Positions 36,353 to 44,785 of a stretch of 54,562 bases of DNA are shown here, one piece after another (position 1 is the stretch's first letter; each line of letters opens with the position of its first letter). The translations under genes and the position numbers were made by a program. Source of the DNA: Thermoleophilia bacterium. GTDB taxonomy: Bacteria; Actinomycetota; Thermoleophilia; BMS3ABIN01. The stretch covers positions 1 through 54,562 of the forward strand of contig JBAZWE010000005.1 of assembly GCA_041660545.1 (NCBI GenBank), read 5' to 3'. The notes below the pieces were generated by a model. It did not search any database and was not told the origin of the DNA. It was given only the letters and a program-made list of their open reading frames with translations.

Positions 36353-37612
36353 TCAGGCTAGAAATTCCACTCTGGGATCGACGATGTGACCGGCTATCGC
36401 GGTGGCTGCCGCAGTGGCGGGTGACCCTAAGTAAATGAGTCCCTCAACATTACCCATTCTGCCCTGGAAGTTACGGTTCTGGGTCGCAAGACAGACTTCT
36501 CCGTCGCCAAGAATACCACCATGGACGCCTACGCATGCACCGCAACCAGGACCGGTCACCAGCGCTCCAGCCTCGACAAAAACCTCCAGTAAACCCTCGC
36601 GTGCCGCTTTTAGATAAACAGATCGAGACGCAGGTGTAACGATTAACCTCGTCTCCGGATTGCGCTTGTGACCACGCAATATGTCGGCCGCTATGCGCAG
36701 ATCTTCTATCCGGCCGTTGGTGCAGGTACCGATAAATACCTGCTGTACTTTCACACCCACGGCATCGGTAGCCTTCATCGTGTTGTCTACCGTATGCGGC
36801 GCCGAAACGGTCGGCTCCAGCAGCGAAGCATCGATCTCTATCGTGCGCGCATATTCGGCGCCGGCATCCGCAGTCAGCTCCCTGTAACTTTCGCCCCGGT
36901 CCTGCTCATCAAGGAATGCATGAGTAGTCTCATCGGAAGCAAAAAGTCCGGTCTTGGCTCCTGCCTCAACGGCCATGTTCGCCAGCGTAAAGCGTTCAGA
37001 CATCGTCATGGCGTCCGCGCCAGGCCCACCGAACTCCAGAGCCATATAGGTAGCTCCATCAGCCCCGATCATTCTGATCAGGTGCAGTATCAGGTCCTTG
37101 GCATAAACGCCCGGCTTGAACTCTCCGGTTATTTCCACACGCAGGGTCTCGGGAACTTTCAGCCACGTCTTGCCAGTCGCTATACCGATGCCCACGTCCG
37201 TGGAACCCATGCCGGTCGCAAAGGCAGCCAGCGCTCCCGAAGTACAGGTATGAGAATCAGCTCCGATGAGGATATCTCCAGGTGAAGCAAAACTTTCAAC
37301 CAGCCGCTGATGGCAGACCCCTTCGTTTATCTCGGAAAGGACCGCACCGGTACTGGCCGCGAATTCCCGCAGTGATATATGTGCGTTGGAAAGTTCCTTA
37401 CGAGGACTGGGAGCGGCGTGATCGATAAACAGCACGGTTTTGGCGGGATTTTGAGCCCTCACCAGATCCAGCTCTTTAAGTTGCTGGAGAGCAAGCGGCC
37501 CGGTTCCATCCTGAAGCGCTGTCACATCCACGTCGGTAACCACTATCTCGCCAGGTTTTACGTCCCGACCCACGTGGGCGGCGATTATCTTTTCGGCAAG
37601 CGTGCTAGCCAC
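36353..37612 (-). CDS. Aconitase-superfamily dehydratase large subunit (LeuC/HacA-like)
   Basis: 419 aa with FeS-ligand Cys regions (..GADSHTCTSGA.., ..GTCTNGR.., ..GCGACVG..). Start overlaps the upstream synthase gene by 8 nt. Confidence 0.9.
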   Translation of the reverse strand: MASTLAEKIIAAHVGRDVKPGEIVVTDVDVTALQDGTGPLALQQLKELDLVRAQNPAKTVLFIDHAAPSPRKELSNAHISLREFAASTGAVLSEINEGVCHQRLVESFASPGDILIGADSHTCTSGALAAFATGMGSTDVGIGIATGKTWLKVPETLRVEITGEFKPGVYAKDLILHLIRMIGADGATYMALEFGGPGADAMTMSERFTLANMAVEAGAKTGLFASDETTHAFLDEQDRGESYRELTADAGAEYARTIEIDASLLEPTVSAPHTVDNTMKATDAVGVKVQQVFIGTCTNGRIEDLRIAADILRGHKRNPETRLIVTPASRSVYLKAAREGLLEVFVEAGALVTGPGCGACVGVHGGILGDGEVCLATQNRNFQGRMGNVEGLIYLGSPATAAATAIAGHIVDPRVEFLA

Positions 37613-38816
37613 TGCTTGCCCCGTTGGCCTCCTTGTGGGCCTTGTAGTCCTTGTATATATACATCAGTTCTTTTTCGAAAAGACCTCGCTTGAGTTCTAC
37701 CGCGAGCTTTCGTGCAAGACGTAATATCTCCTGGCTTTCATCATCGTCGAGTTCGATAAGAAATTCCTTGAACTTCATCTTGATGGATTTACTGCCAGAG
37801 TGTTTCCCGATGACCAACTGCCGCTCCAGCCCGACTTCTTCAGGACTGAAGACCTCGTAATTTAAAGGATTCTTGATGACACCGTCCGCATGAATGCCTG
37901 ATTCATGGGCAAAAACGTTTGCGCCCACGATCGGTTTCCATACAGGTATGTGACGCGCGGAAGCACCCGCCACATACTCTGAAAGCTCACGAAAACGTTC
38001 CGTGTGAAGGCCCAGATTTACCTTGGAAATATATTTAAGCGCCATGACCACTTCCTCGAGGGCCGCGTTGCCAGCCCTCTCCCCCAGTCCGTTCACGGTC
38101 GTGTTCACATAGATAGCTCCGGCCTTGATGCCGGCCAGGGCGTTTGCCGTTGCCATTCCAAAATCGTTATGAGTATGCATCTCGATATCGATTTTCAGGT
38201 TCTTTTTCAAGAAAGCAATCACGTTATATGTGTCGAAAGGATCAAGTATGCCCACCGTGTCGCAAAAACGTATACGATCAGCACCCTGTTCCTGCGCCGC
38301 CTTGGCAAACCGCACCAGGAAATCAAGATCGGCGCGGGATGCGTCCTCGGCATTCACGGACACATAGACGTTATTAGCCTTCGCAAAATCAACCGCGGTT
38401 TTTATGGATTCAAGTACCCATGCGCGTGATTTTTTCAGTTTGTGCTCGATATGTATATCCGAGGCCGACATCGAGATAGCAACTGCGTTCACACCGCAAT
38501 CCAGCGAATGCTGGATGTCGCTGATGACGGCACGGTTCCAGGCCAGGATGCTTGTATTCAATCCCAGGCCGGCGATATGCTTGATCGTCTTCTTCTCATC
38601 CCCGCCCATTGCCGGTATGCCCACCTCGATCTGGTGGACGCCTACTTCATCGAGCAGCCTTGCGATACGGACCTTCTCCTGGTTGGCGAAAACGACACCC
38701 GCGGTCTGTTCGCCGTCTCGTAGCGTCGTATCGTCTATCTTGATCTTCTTCTCAGGATTGAGCACTGCTCCCTGAAGTATGAAGTTATTCAGATAATCTT
38801 CTTTTGACATATTCAT
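37605..38816 (-). CDS. HMGL-like acyl-CoA:2-oxoacid condensing enzyme (homocitrate synthase / Re-citrate synthase / short IPMS family; no LeuA regulatory domain)
   Basis: ..DTTLRDGEQ.. N-terminal motif and ..HTHNDFGMATAN.. metal site, 403 aa. Confidence 0.85.
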   Translation of the reverse strand: MNMSKEDYLNNFILQGAVLNPEKKIKIDDTTLRDGEQTAGVVFANQEKVRIARLLDEVGVHQIEVGIPAMGGDEKKTIKHIAGLGLNTSILAWNRAVISDIQHSLDCGVNAVAISMSASDIHIEHKLKKSRAWVLESIKTAVDFAKANNVYVSVNAEDASRADLDFLVRFAKAAQEQGADRIRFCDTVGILDPFDTYNVIAFLKKNLKIDIEMHTHNDFGMATANALAGIKAGAIYVNTTVNGLGERAGNAALEEVVMALKYISKVNLGLHTERFRELSEYVAGASARHIPVWKPIVGANVFAHESGIHADGVIKNPLNYEVFSPEEVGLERQLVIGKHSGSKSIKMKFKEFLIELDDDESQEILRLARKLAVELKRGLFEKELMYIYKDYKAHKEANGASSG

Positions 38817-38923
38817 AAGGTTTTGGAATCTCCCAGTAAGTTGCGGCTACGACGCAGCCGGACATAAATAATAGCTCAATATGAGGACCTGAACCAAGCC
38901 GGATGCAGCGATAGTGCCTGCAA

Positions 38924-39874
38924 TCAGTCCTTGACGGCAACCAGCATCAGAAAGGGGCTGAAGTACAACACCCTCGCCGCCCTGGCAACTTTCCGCCTGC
39001 AACCTCCAGCCGGCAGTAACCCGATCAGGGTCTCAATGCCGACCTGGTAGGTCAGATATAGACTACTCGGCCTGGGAGGCCGCATCTTGCCCGGGTAACG
39101 GATCGGCGCCCTTACCCACTTCAGGCCGGCATCCTCAAGAGCCCTGGACAGCTCGAGGTACTTATATTCCTTAAGGTGCATGCCGTGTACATGGTCGCAG
39201 CGAAACACACTGGAAATGTCAGTCGGTCCGGCATAAACGTGGGGAATGCTCAAAATGTAACGGCCTCCCGTCCGAAGGATCGATGCAACGCCATGCAAAT
39301 GATCATCAAGATCGTCCGGGTGCAGGTGTTCGATCACCTGGCTGGAAATAACGGTGTCGAAGCTTTCCGGTTCGACATAGCGCTCCAGATGAACCCCGTC
39401 GGATGCCACCCACCTGAGGTTCTGCTGTTCCTCCTGCCACTTGCCACCACGCTCGCTGGTGATCTCAGAGGCAGTGCAGTCAAACCCACGGGCTGCAAGT
39501 ATTCCGATCAGCTCACCCTTGCCAGGACCCAGCTCAAAAATTTTCGCGGGTGGATCGCCCGGTTCACCGATTACTCCCAGCCAGTCAGAAAACCGTTTTT
39601 CAGGCGGTTCCGTGGACGCGCTATCCGTAAACTGATTCAACCAGTCCAGCTCGCTATAAAGCCTGGTATAACATCGCTCGAATACTTCGCGGCGATTCCC
39701 CGGGTTAGAACAAAGCAGCTCCTCACGTAAGCCCCGCTCCAGCCGCCAGTGGCCGAGGATCATTTCCTCCGTAATCTCAGCCTCTGCCGGAATGCCATAG
39801 TTCTTTTTATAACGATCAATCAGCTCCCGTCCCCGGGGCTCATTACAGTCTGTTGCAGAGTCTGTCCTTTTCAT
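38924..39874 (-). CDS. Class I SAM-dependent methyltransferase
   Basis: Motif I ..IFELGPGKGEL.. and ..DTVISSQVIEHL... ATG 39874 starts 17 nt after the ppcA stop. The ORF-track start 39976 would overlap ppcA by 86 nt. Confidence 0.75.
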   Translation of the reverse strand: MKRTDSATDCNEPRGRELIDRYKKNYGIPAEAEITEEMILGHWRLERGLREELLCSNPGNRREVFERCYTRLYSELDWLNQFTDSASTEPPEKRFSDWLGVIGEPGDPPAKIFELGPGKGELIGILAARGFDCTASEITSERGGKWQEEQQNLRWVASDGVHLERYVEPESFDTVISSQVIEHLHPDDLDDHLHGVASILRTGGRYILSIPHVYAGPTDISSVFRCDHVHGMHLKEYKYLELSRALEDAGLKWVRAPIRYPGKMRPPRPSSLYLTYQVGIETLIGLLPAGGCRRKVARAARVLYFSPFLMLVAVKD

Positions 39875-39890
39875 ATTCAAAAAGGGGGCC

Positions 39891-41498
39891 TTACCCCAGG
39901 CTCCCCCGGATCTTTCCCAGGCGGCAAATCCACCCGGATACCAGATCCCGGTCATCATTCTCCCCGCTCCACTCATCGCTGCCCGCGGTGAACTGCCTCA
40001 TCATGGGTTGAAGTGTTTCCAGTAAGACATGATAACGGCGGTCATCTGCTGAAGACGGACCGATTCCTACACCAAGGTGCCTGGAAACCTCGTCCATGTC
40101 GGAAGATAACTGAGATATGAGAGGCTCGGGCAGGTGTTGAGATGCGGTCTCCATATTGGCGTAGCGTGCGGCCTTTGCCATGTCTGCCCTCATGCCGGGG
40201 TATAGCTGAAGCAGGCGGCTTACGGCCTCGTCCCCACCGCGCCGGGCAACTTCGGCAAGTCCTCGTCCTGTACCGATAAACTCAGGCGGTAAACCGATTG
40301 AATAGAGTGCACCGGTGAAACTGATAGCCCGGGGCAGGTTCGTGGCCCCCGTGGTTTTGATGGCGGCGATCCCTTTTGCGATTTCCTCATCGGCGATCTC
40401 TTTTGCCAGCTTGTCCGGCTGTGCCGCCGCACGCGCATAGCCCACAGCGCTCTTTCTCGCGAGGCGGTCACGCTGTCTGGGGATAAGGTCCGATAGAGCG
40501 ATGACAATTGGTAAAAGTTCGTTAAAGCTTTCGAGATATGGCCTTGAAAAAATGCCGATCAGCGATGTCAGTTCATCTCGCTGTCCGTTACCGAAAGCAA
40601 GTGGCGGCGCACCTGGTAGCAAATCACGCGCCTTCAAGGCCACCTGCCGCGCCGCTTCACTGTCACAGTCATAGCGCATGCCGGACTGCACGGTTACTGT
40701 TCTTATACCTGCGAAATCGGAAGTCAGACGTTCGAAATTGTCGAGGCTTACGTGCCCGCGAAAAGGCAGCACGCCACCGCCGAAAATCGGATATATCTTA
40801 ACGCCATGCTCATTTCCCGTAGCACAGCAATCCGAGATGGCGACCTTGACCGCGAGCACGGAGGCAACCATACCGTAAATCATCGCCGAGTCACTGCGTC
40901 CAAGCATTATCCGCAAATCATCCGCATCATAACCGGCTGTCCTGGCTCGCTTTATATACTCTGCCGTCAGGCGGCCCGCCGAGAGCAGTTCAGGCACTTC
41001 TTCTATCAGAGGAATGACCTGGACGGCATTGGGATCGCGTGAGATACCGAACTCCTTATGCCCCAGCTCCGTGACATCCTGGATGCGGCGACGCACATCC
41101 AGCAATTCCGAAGCTGTCTCCACCATAGGCACCACGACCTCCCGAATGGTGCCCCTGCTTCCTGAAGATGAAAGCTGGTAATTGGACTCGATCACGGACA
41201 TGATGGCCATCAACTGGTGAAAGACCGTCTCCTGCGTGGCGCTGGGAATTCGTGGCGTGACCGCGACATCTTCACCGGGGATCAGACCCCTCTCCGTCAA
41301 CCCCAGAGCGATCTCGGCCGTCTGGTGATAAGGGGTCAGCTTGCCCTCGTAATCGACCATTATCTCCTCAAGGCCCAGTCCGATCGGCTGCTGTGTCAAG
41401 GCGTCTATGGCTTCCCGAGGTTCATCGCGCACCGGGACGTAACGCGAGGCGCTGTCCGGATGTTGCGTCATCATCGTCGCGGGTATAAAGCGGCCCAT
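39891..41498 (-). CDS. ppcA: Archaeal-type phosphoenolpyruvate carboxylase
   Basis: 535 aa. The N-terminus ..IPATMMTQHPDSA.. and ..EIMVDYEGKLTPYHQ.. match my recollection of the PpcA family (..MSTQHPDN.., ..W.DFEGK..). It is unlike the roughly 900-aa bacterial Ppc. Confidence 0.8.
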   Translation of the reverse strand: MGRFIPATMMTQHPDSASRYVPVRDEPREAIDALTQQPIGLGLEEIMVDYEGKLTPYHQTAEIALGLTERGLIPGEDVAVTPRIPSATQETVFHQLMAIMSVIESNYQLSSSGSRGTIREVVVPMVETASELLDVRRRIQDVTELGHKEFGISRDPNAVQVIPLIEEVPELLSAGRLTAEYIKRARTAGYDADDLRIMLGRSDSAMIYGMVASVLAVKVAISDCCATGNEHGVKIYPIFGGGVLPFRGHVSLDNFERLTSDFAGIRTVTVQSGMRYDCDSEAARQVALKARDLLPGAPPLAFGNGQRDELTSLIGIFSRPYLESFNELLPIVIALSDLIPRQRDRLARKSAVGYARAAAQPDKLAKEIADEEIAKGIAAIKTTGATNLPRAISFTGALYSIGLPPEFIGTGRGLAEVARRGGDEAVSRLLQLYPGMRADMAKAARYANMETASQHLPEPLISQLSSDMDEVSRHLGVGIGPSSADDRRYHVLLETLQPMMRQFTAGSDEWSGENDDRDLVSGWICRLGKIRGSLG

Positions 41499-41502
41499 AA
41501 CC

Positions 41503-42951
41503 TTATCCAGTCAGTTTTTTCTTGAGGATCTCGTTAACTACCTGGGGATTAGCCCTGCCTTTTGTCTCTTTCATGATCTGTCCGACGAAAAATCCAAGCA
41601 CCTGCTGCTTGCCGGCGCGATACTGCTGAACCTGAGCCGGGTTGGCATCGATCACCCTGTCTGCCAATACCTCGAGTTCGGTTTCATCCGATATCTGCGT
41701 AAGTCCCTTTGTTGCCACAATATCCGCTGCCTTGGAGCCCGTGTCGCACATCTGTGCAAAAACGTCCTTACCGATGTTCTGGCTGACCTGACCGGACTTG
41801 ATCATGCCAAGCAGAACCGCCAACTCCTCAGGCGTGACCTTGCATTCAGACAGCTCCTGGCCCGTCGCGTTCAGATAACCAAGCAGCTCGCCCATTATCC
41901 AGTTACTCACTGTCTTGGCGTCATCGAGATGAGCAATCGTCTCTTCAAAGTAATCAGCCAGTTCACGGCTTGCCGTAATCACCTCCGCATTATAAGCCGA
42001 CAAGCCGAAGCCGGATATGTATCTTTGGGCACGCGCATGGGGCAGCTCAGGCATGTTGGCCCGGATTTCCTCGACGAACTCACGGGAGGCCAGGATTGGC
42101 ACAAGATCCGGTTCCGGGAAGTAGCGATAATCATGCGCCTCCTCCTTGCTCCTTAAGGCACTGATATCACCGCTTGCCACATCATAATGCACTGTCTGCT
42201 GGACGATCCGTTTTCCATCCTTCAGCAATTCGACCTGTCTGGCAATTTCCTGCTGGAGTCCCTTCTCGATATATTTGAAGCTGTTCATGTTCTTAAGCTC
42301 GGTCTTCACGCCCAGCGTGGTCTCACCCACAGGCCGAATGGAGACATTTGCGTCGCAGCGCAGCGAGCCTTCCTCCATGTTGCAGTCGGATACGTTCAGG
42401 TAGAGCAGCGTGTTCTTTAGCTTGTTCAAAAAAGCCCGGGCTACCTGAGGTGAATGAATTTCAGGCTTGGTTACTATCTCGACCAGGGGAGTGCCCGAGC
42501 GGTTGAAATCTATCATGGAGTACGTCGAACCGGCGATGCGCCCGCTCTCGCCGGCGTGGATATTCTTGGCAGTGTCTTCTTCCTGGTGAACCCTCTCGAT
42601 GCCGACACGAAATGTTTCGTTTTCCAACGTCACATCAAGATGCCCTTCCACGGCGAAAGGCTGATCGAACTGCGATATCTGATATCCCTTTGGAAGGTCG
42701 GGATAGAAATAATTCTTGCGGTGAAAGATGCTTTTTTCAGGGATGGAACAGTCAAGCGCCAGCCCGATGCGGGCAATGGAGCGAATAGCCTCGCCGTTGA
42801 TGACCGGAAGCGCTCCAGGATGCGCCAGGCATACCGGGCAGGTACGGGTGTTAGGCTCACCTCCGAACTCTACGCGGCAACCACAGAACATCTTGCTCTC
42901 GGTGGAGAGCTCCACGTGTATCTCAAGACCGATTACTGCTTCATATTCCAT
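41503..42951 (-). CDS. gatB: Asp/Glu-tRNA amidotransferase subunit B
   Basis: MEYEAVIGLEIHVEL.. N-terminus and a C-terminal YqeY-like tail, 482 aa. Confidence 0.95.
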   Translation of the reverse strand: MEYEAVIGLEIHVELSTESKMFCGCRVEFGGEPNTRTCPVCLAHPGALPVINGEAIRSIARIGLALDCSIPEKSIFHRKNYFYPDLPKGYQISQFDQPFAVEGHLDVTLENETFRVGIERVHQEEDTAKNIHAGESGRIAGSTYSMIDFNRSGTPLVEIVTKPEIHSPQVARAFLNKLKNTLLYLNVSDCNMEEGSLRCDANVSIRPVGETTLGVKTELKNMNSFKYIEKGLQQEIARQVELLKDGKRIVQQTVHYDVASGDISALRSKEEAHDYRYFPEPDLVPILASREFVEEIRANMPELPHARAQRYISGFGLSAYNAEVITASRELADYFEETIAHLDDAKTVSNWIMGELLGYLNATGQELSECKVTPEELAVLLGMIKSGQVSQNIGKDVFAQMCDTGSKAADIVATKGLTQISDETELEVLADRVIDANPAQVQQYRAGKQQVLGFFVGQIMKETKGRANPQVVNEILKKKLTG

Positions 42952-44410
42952 CCTGGTCCCGCCCCTCGATCAACGGTGAGACCTTATCAAAACCAAAGGC
43001 CAGTTCGGCGCTATATGCGGCCTGCAACAGATCCGGCGTCGTAAAAGCCTTGCCGATAATCTGAAAACCGACAGGAAGGCCGCCCGAAAGCCCGGCTGGA
43101 ATCGAGATGGCGGGAAGCCCCGCAAGGTTCACCGGAATCGTGCAAATGTCAGATTTGTACATGGTAAGCGGATCGTCCGTCTTCTCGCCCAACCCGAATG
43201 CGGTGGTCGGCGCCGTTGGTGATATCAACAGGTCGTATTCATCCAGAGCCTGCCCGAAATCCCGTACGATAAGAGTGCGCACCTTCTGCGCCTGACCATA
43301 GTAAGCATCATAATAACCGGAGGATAACGCATAAGTTCCGAGCATGATCCTGCGCTTGACCTCCTCCCCAAAACCCTGACTTCGCGTCTGCTCGTACATC
43401 TGGGTCACGTCATTTGTATCACCGGCGCGCAGTCCGAAGCGCACACCATCGAAACGGGCCAGGTTTGCGCTCGCCTCGGCCGGAGCAAGGATGTAATAAG
43501 CCGGAAGGGCATAGTCGGAGTGCGGCAGGCTGGCCTCACCGATGACAGCGCCGGCCGCTTTAAGCTTTTCTACCGCATCGTTAAAGACGGTCATGACCCC
43601 CGGATCGATTCCCTCACCAACCAGTTCCTTTACGATTCCCATGCGAATTCCTGAAAGATCACGCTTCACCGGCATTTTCATTTCCGCGGGATGAGCGACC
43701 GAGGTCGAATCAAGTGGATCTTTTCCCACAAGATACCGCATCATCAAAGCCGCATCCATGACATTCTTTGTGATAGGGCCGACCTGATCGAATGAAGATG
43801 CAAAAGCTATAAGCCCATAGCGCGAAACGCTTCCATATGTGGGTTTTAAGCCGACAACGCCACAGAACGCGGCTGGCTGTCTTATGGATCCGCCGGTATC
43901 TGAACCAAGAGCCCAGATTGCCTCGCCGGCTGCCACCGCCGCTGCGGATCCGCCACTGGAACCGCCCGGCACCCTGCCCAGATCCCACGGATTGCGCGTC
44001 GGTCCATAAGCCGAGTTCTCGGTTGAGGAACCCATCGCGAACTCGTCCATGTTCGTTTTTCCCAGGGTGACGATGTCGGCTTCCATCATCTGCCTGACAC
44101 AGGTAGCCGTATAGATGGGTTTGAAATTCTCAAGCATCCTCGAGGCACATGTCGTTGTTATACCTTCCGTGCAGAGAACATCCTTGATAGCTGTTGGTAG
44201 CCCTGCCAGAGGCGCCCTCTCACCCTTTTTGGCATCGATGGCCGCGGCTTCATGGCGAGCCTCGGCGCCGGTGACCTTAAGGTATGCGGACACTTCACTG
44301 TCGTGACTTGAGATCTGAGAAAGGTAGGCGTCGGTCAACTCAAGCGAAGAAACAGTGCCTTCCTCCATATGCTTTAGCGCCTCAATGGCTGTAAGTCGCA
44401 GCAGATTCAT
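42941..44410 (-). CDS. gatA: Asp/Glu-tRNA amidotransferase subunit A (amidase)
   Basis: Amidase signature ..GGSSGGSAAAVA.. Start at ATG 44410, just after the gatC stop. The ORF-track start 44515 overlaps gatC. Confidence 0.95.
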   Translation of the reverse strand: MNLLRLTAIEALKHMEEGTVSSLELTDAYLSQISSHDSEVSAYLKVTGAEARHEAAAIDAKKGERAPLAGLPTAIKDVLCTEGITTTCASRMLENFKPIYTATCVRQMMEADIVTLGKTNMDEFAMGSSTENSAYGPTRNPWDLGRVPGGSSGGSAAAVAAGEAIWALGSDTGGSIRQPAAFCGVVGLKPTYGSVSRYGLIAFASSFDQVGPITKNVMDAALMMRYLVGKDPLDSTSVAHPAEMKMPVKRDLSGIRMGIVKELVGEGIDPGVMTVFNDAVEKLKAAGAVIGEASLPHSDYALPAYYILAPAEASANLARFDGVRFGLRAGDTNDVTQMYEQTRSQGFGEEVKRRIMLGTYALSSGYYDAYYGQAQKVRTLIVRDFGQALDEYDLLISPTAPTTAFGLGEKTDDPLTMYKSDICTIPVNLAGLPAISIPAGLSGGLPVGFQIIGKAFTTPDLLQAAYSAELAFGFDKVSPLIEGRDQDGI

Positions 44411-44417
44411 CGTTATC

Positions 44418-44705
44418 TCAGCCCTCCAGAATAGCCGGCACCCGGAAGGCGTCATTTTCGACGGAAGGCCCGTTTGCCAGCGCGTCTTCCCTTGAGACAC
44501 CCGGTCGCGAAACATCCTCCCGGAAGATATTGGAGAGTTTCAAGACATGTGAGGTAGGCTCGACTTCAGTGAGGTCGAGTTCAGAAATCTTGTCAATATG
44601 GTTGAGTATCGAGGAAAGCTGGCCGGAATACCTTTCAAGCTCATCTTCTTCCACTCTCAGCCTTGCAAGCCTGGCTACATACTTTACGTCTTCGTGTGAA
44701 ACCAA
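44418..44705 (-). CDS. gatC: Asp/Glu-tRNA amidotransferase subunit C
   Basis: 95 aa with ..VKYVARLARLRVEEDELE.. TTG start preceded by AGAGGAG. Confidence 0.9.
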   Translation of the reverse strand: MVSHEDVKYVARLARLRVEEDELERYSGQLSSILNHIDKISELDLTEVEPTSHVLKLSNIFREDVSRPGVSREDALANGPSVENDAFRVPAILEG

Positions 44706-44785
44706 TTCCTTTTAGCTCCTCTTGTCGGTTCTCTTTATATTCCGATATGCGGTAACTGGAAATCCTATCACAGGAATTATGCTTC

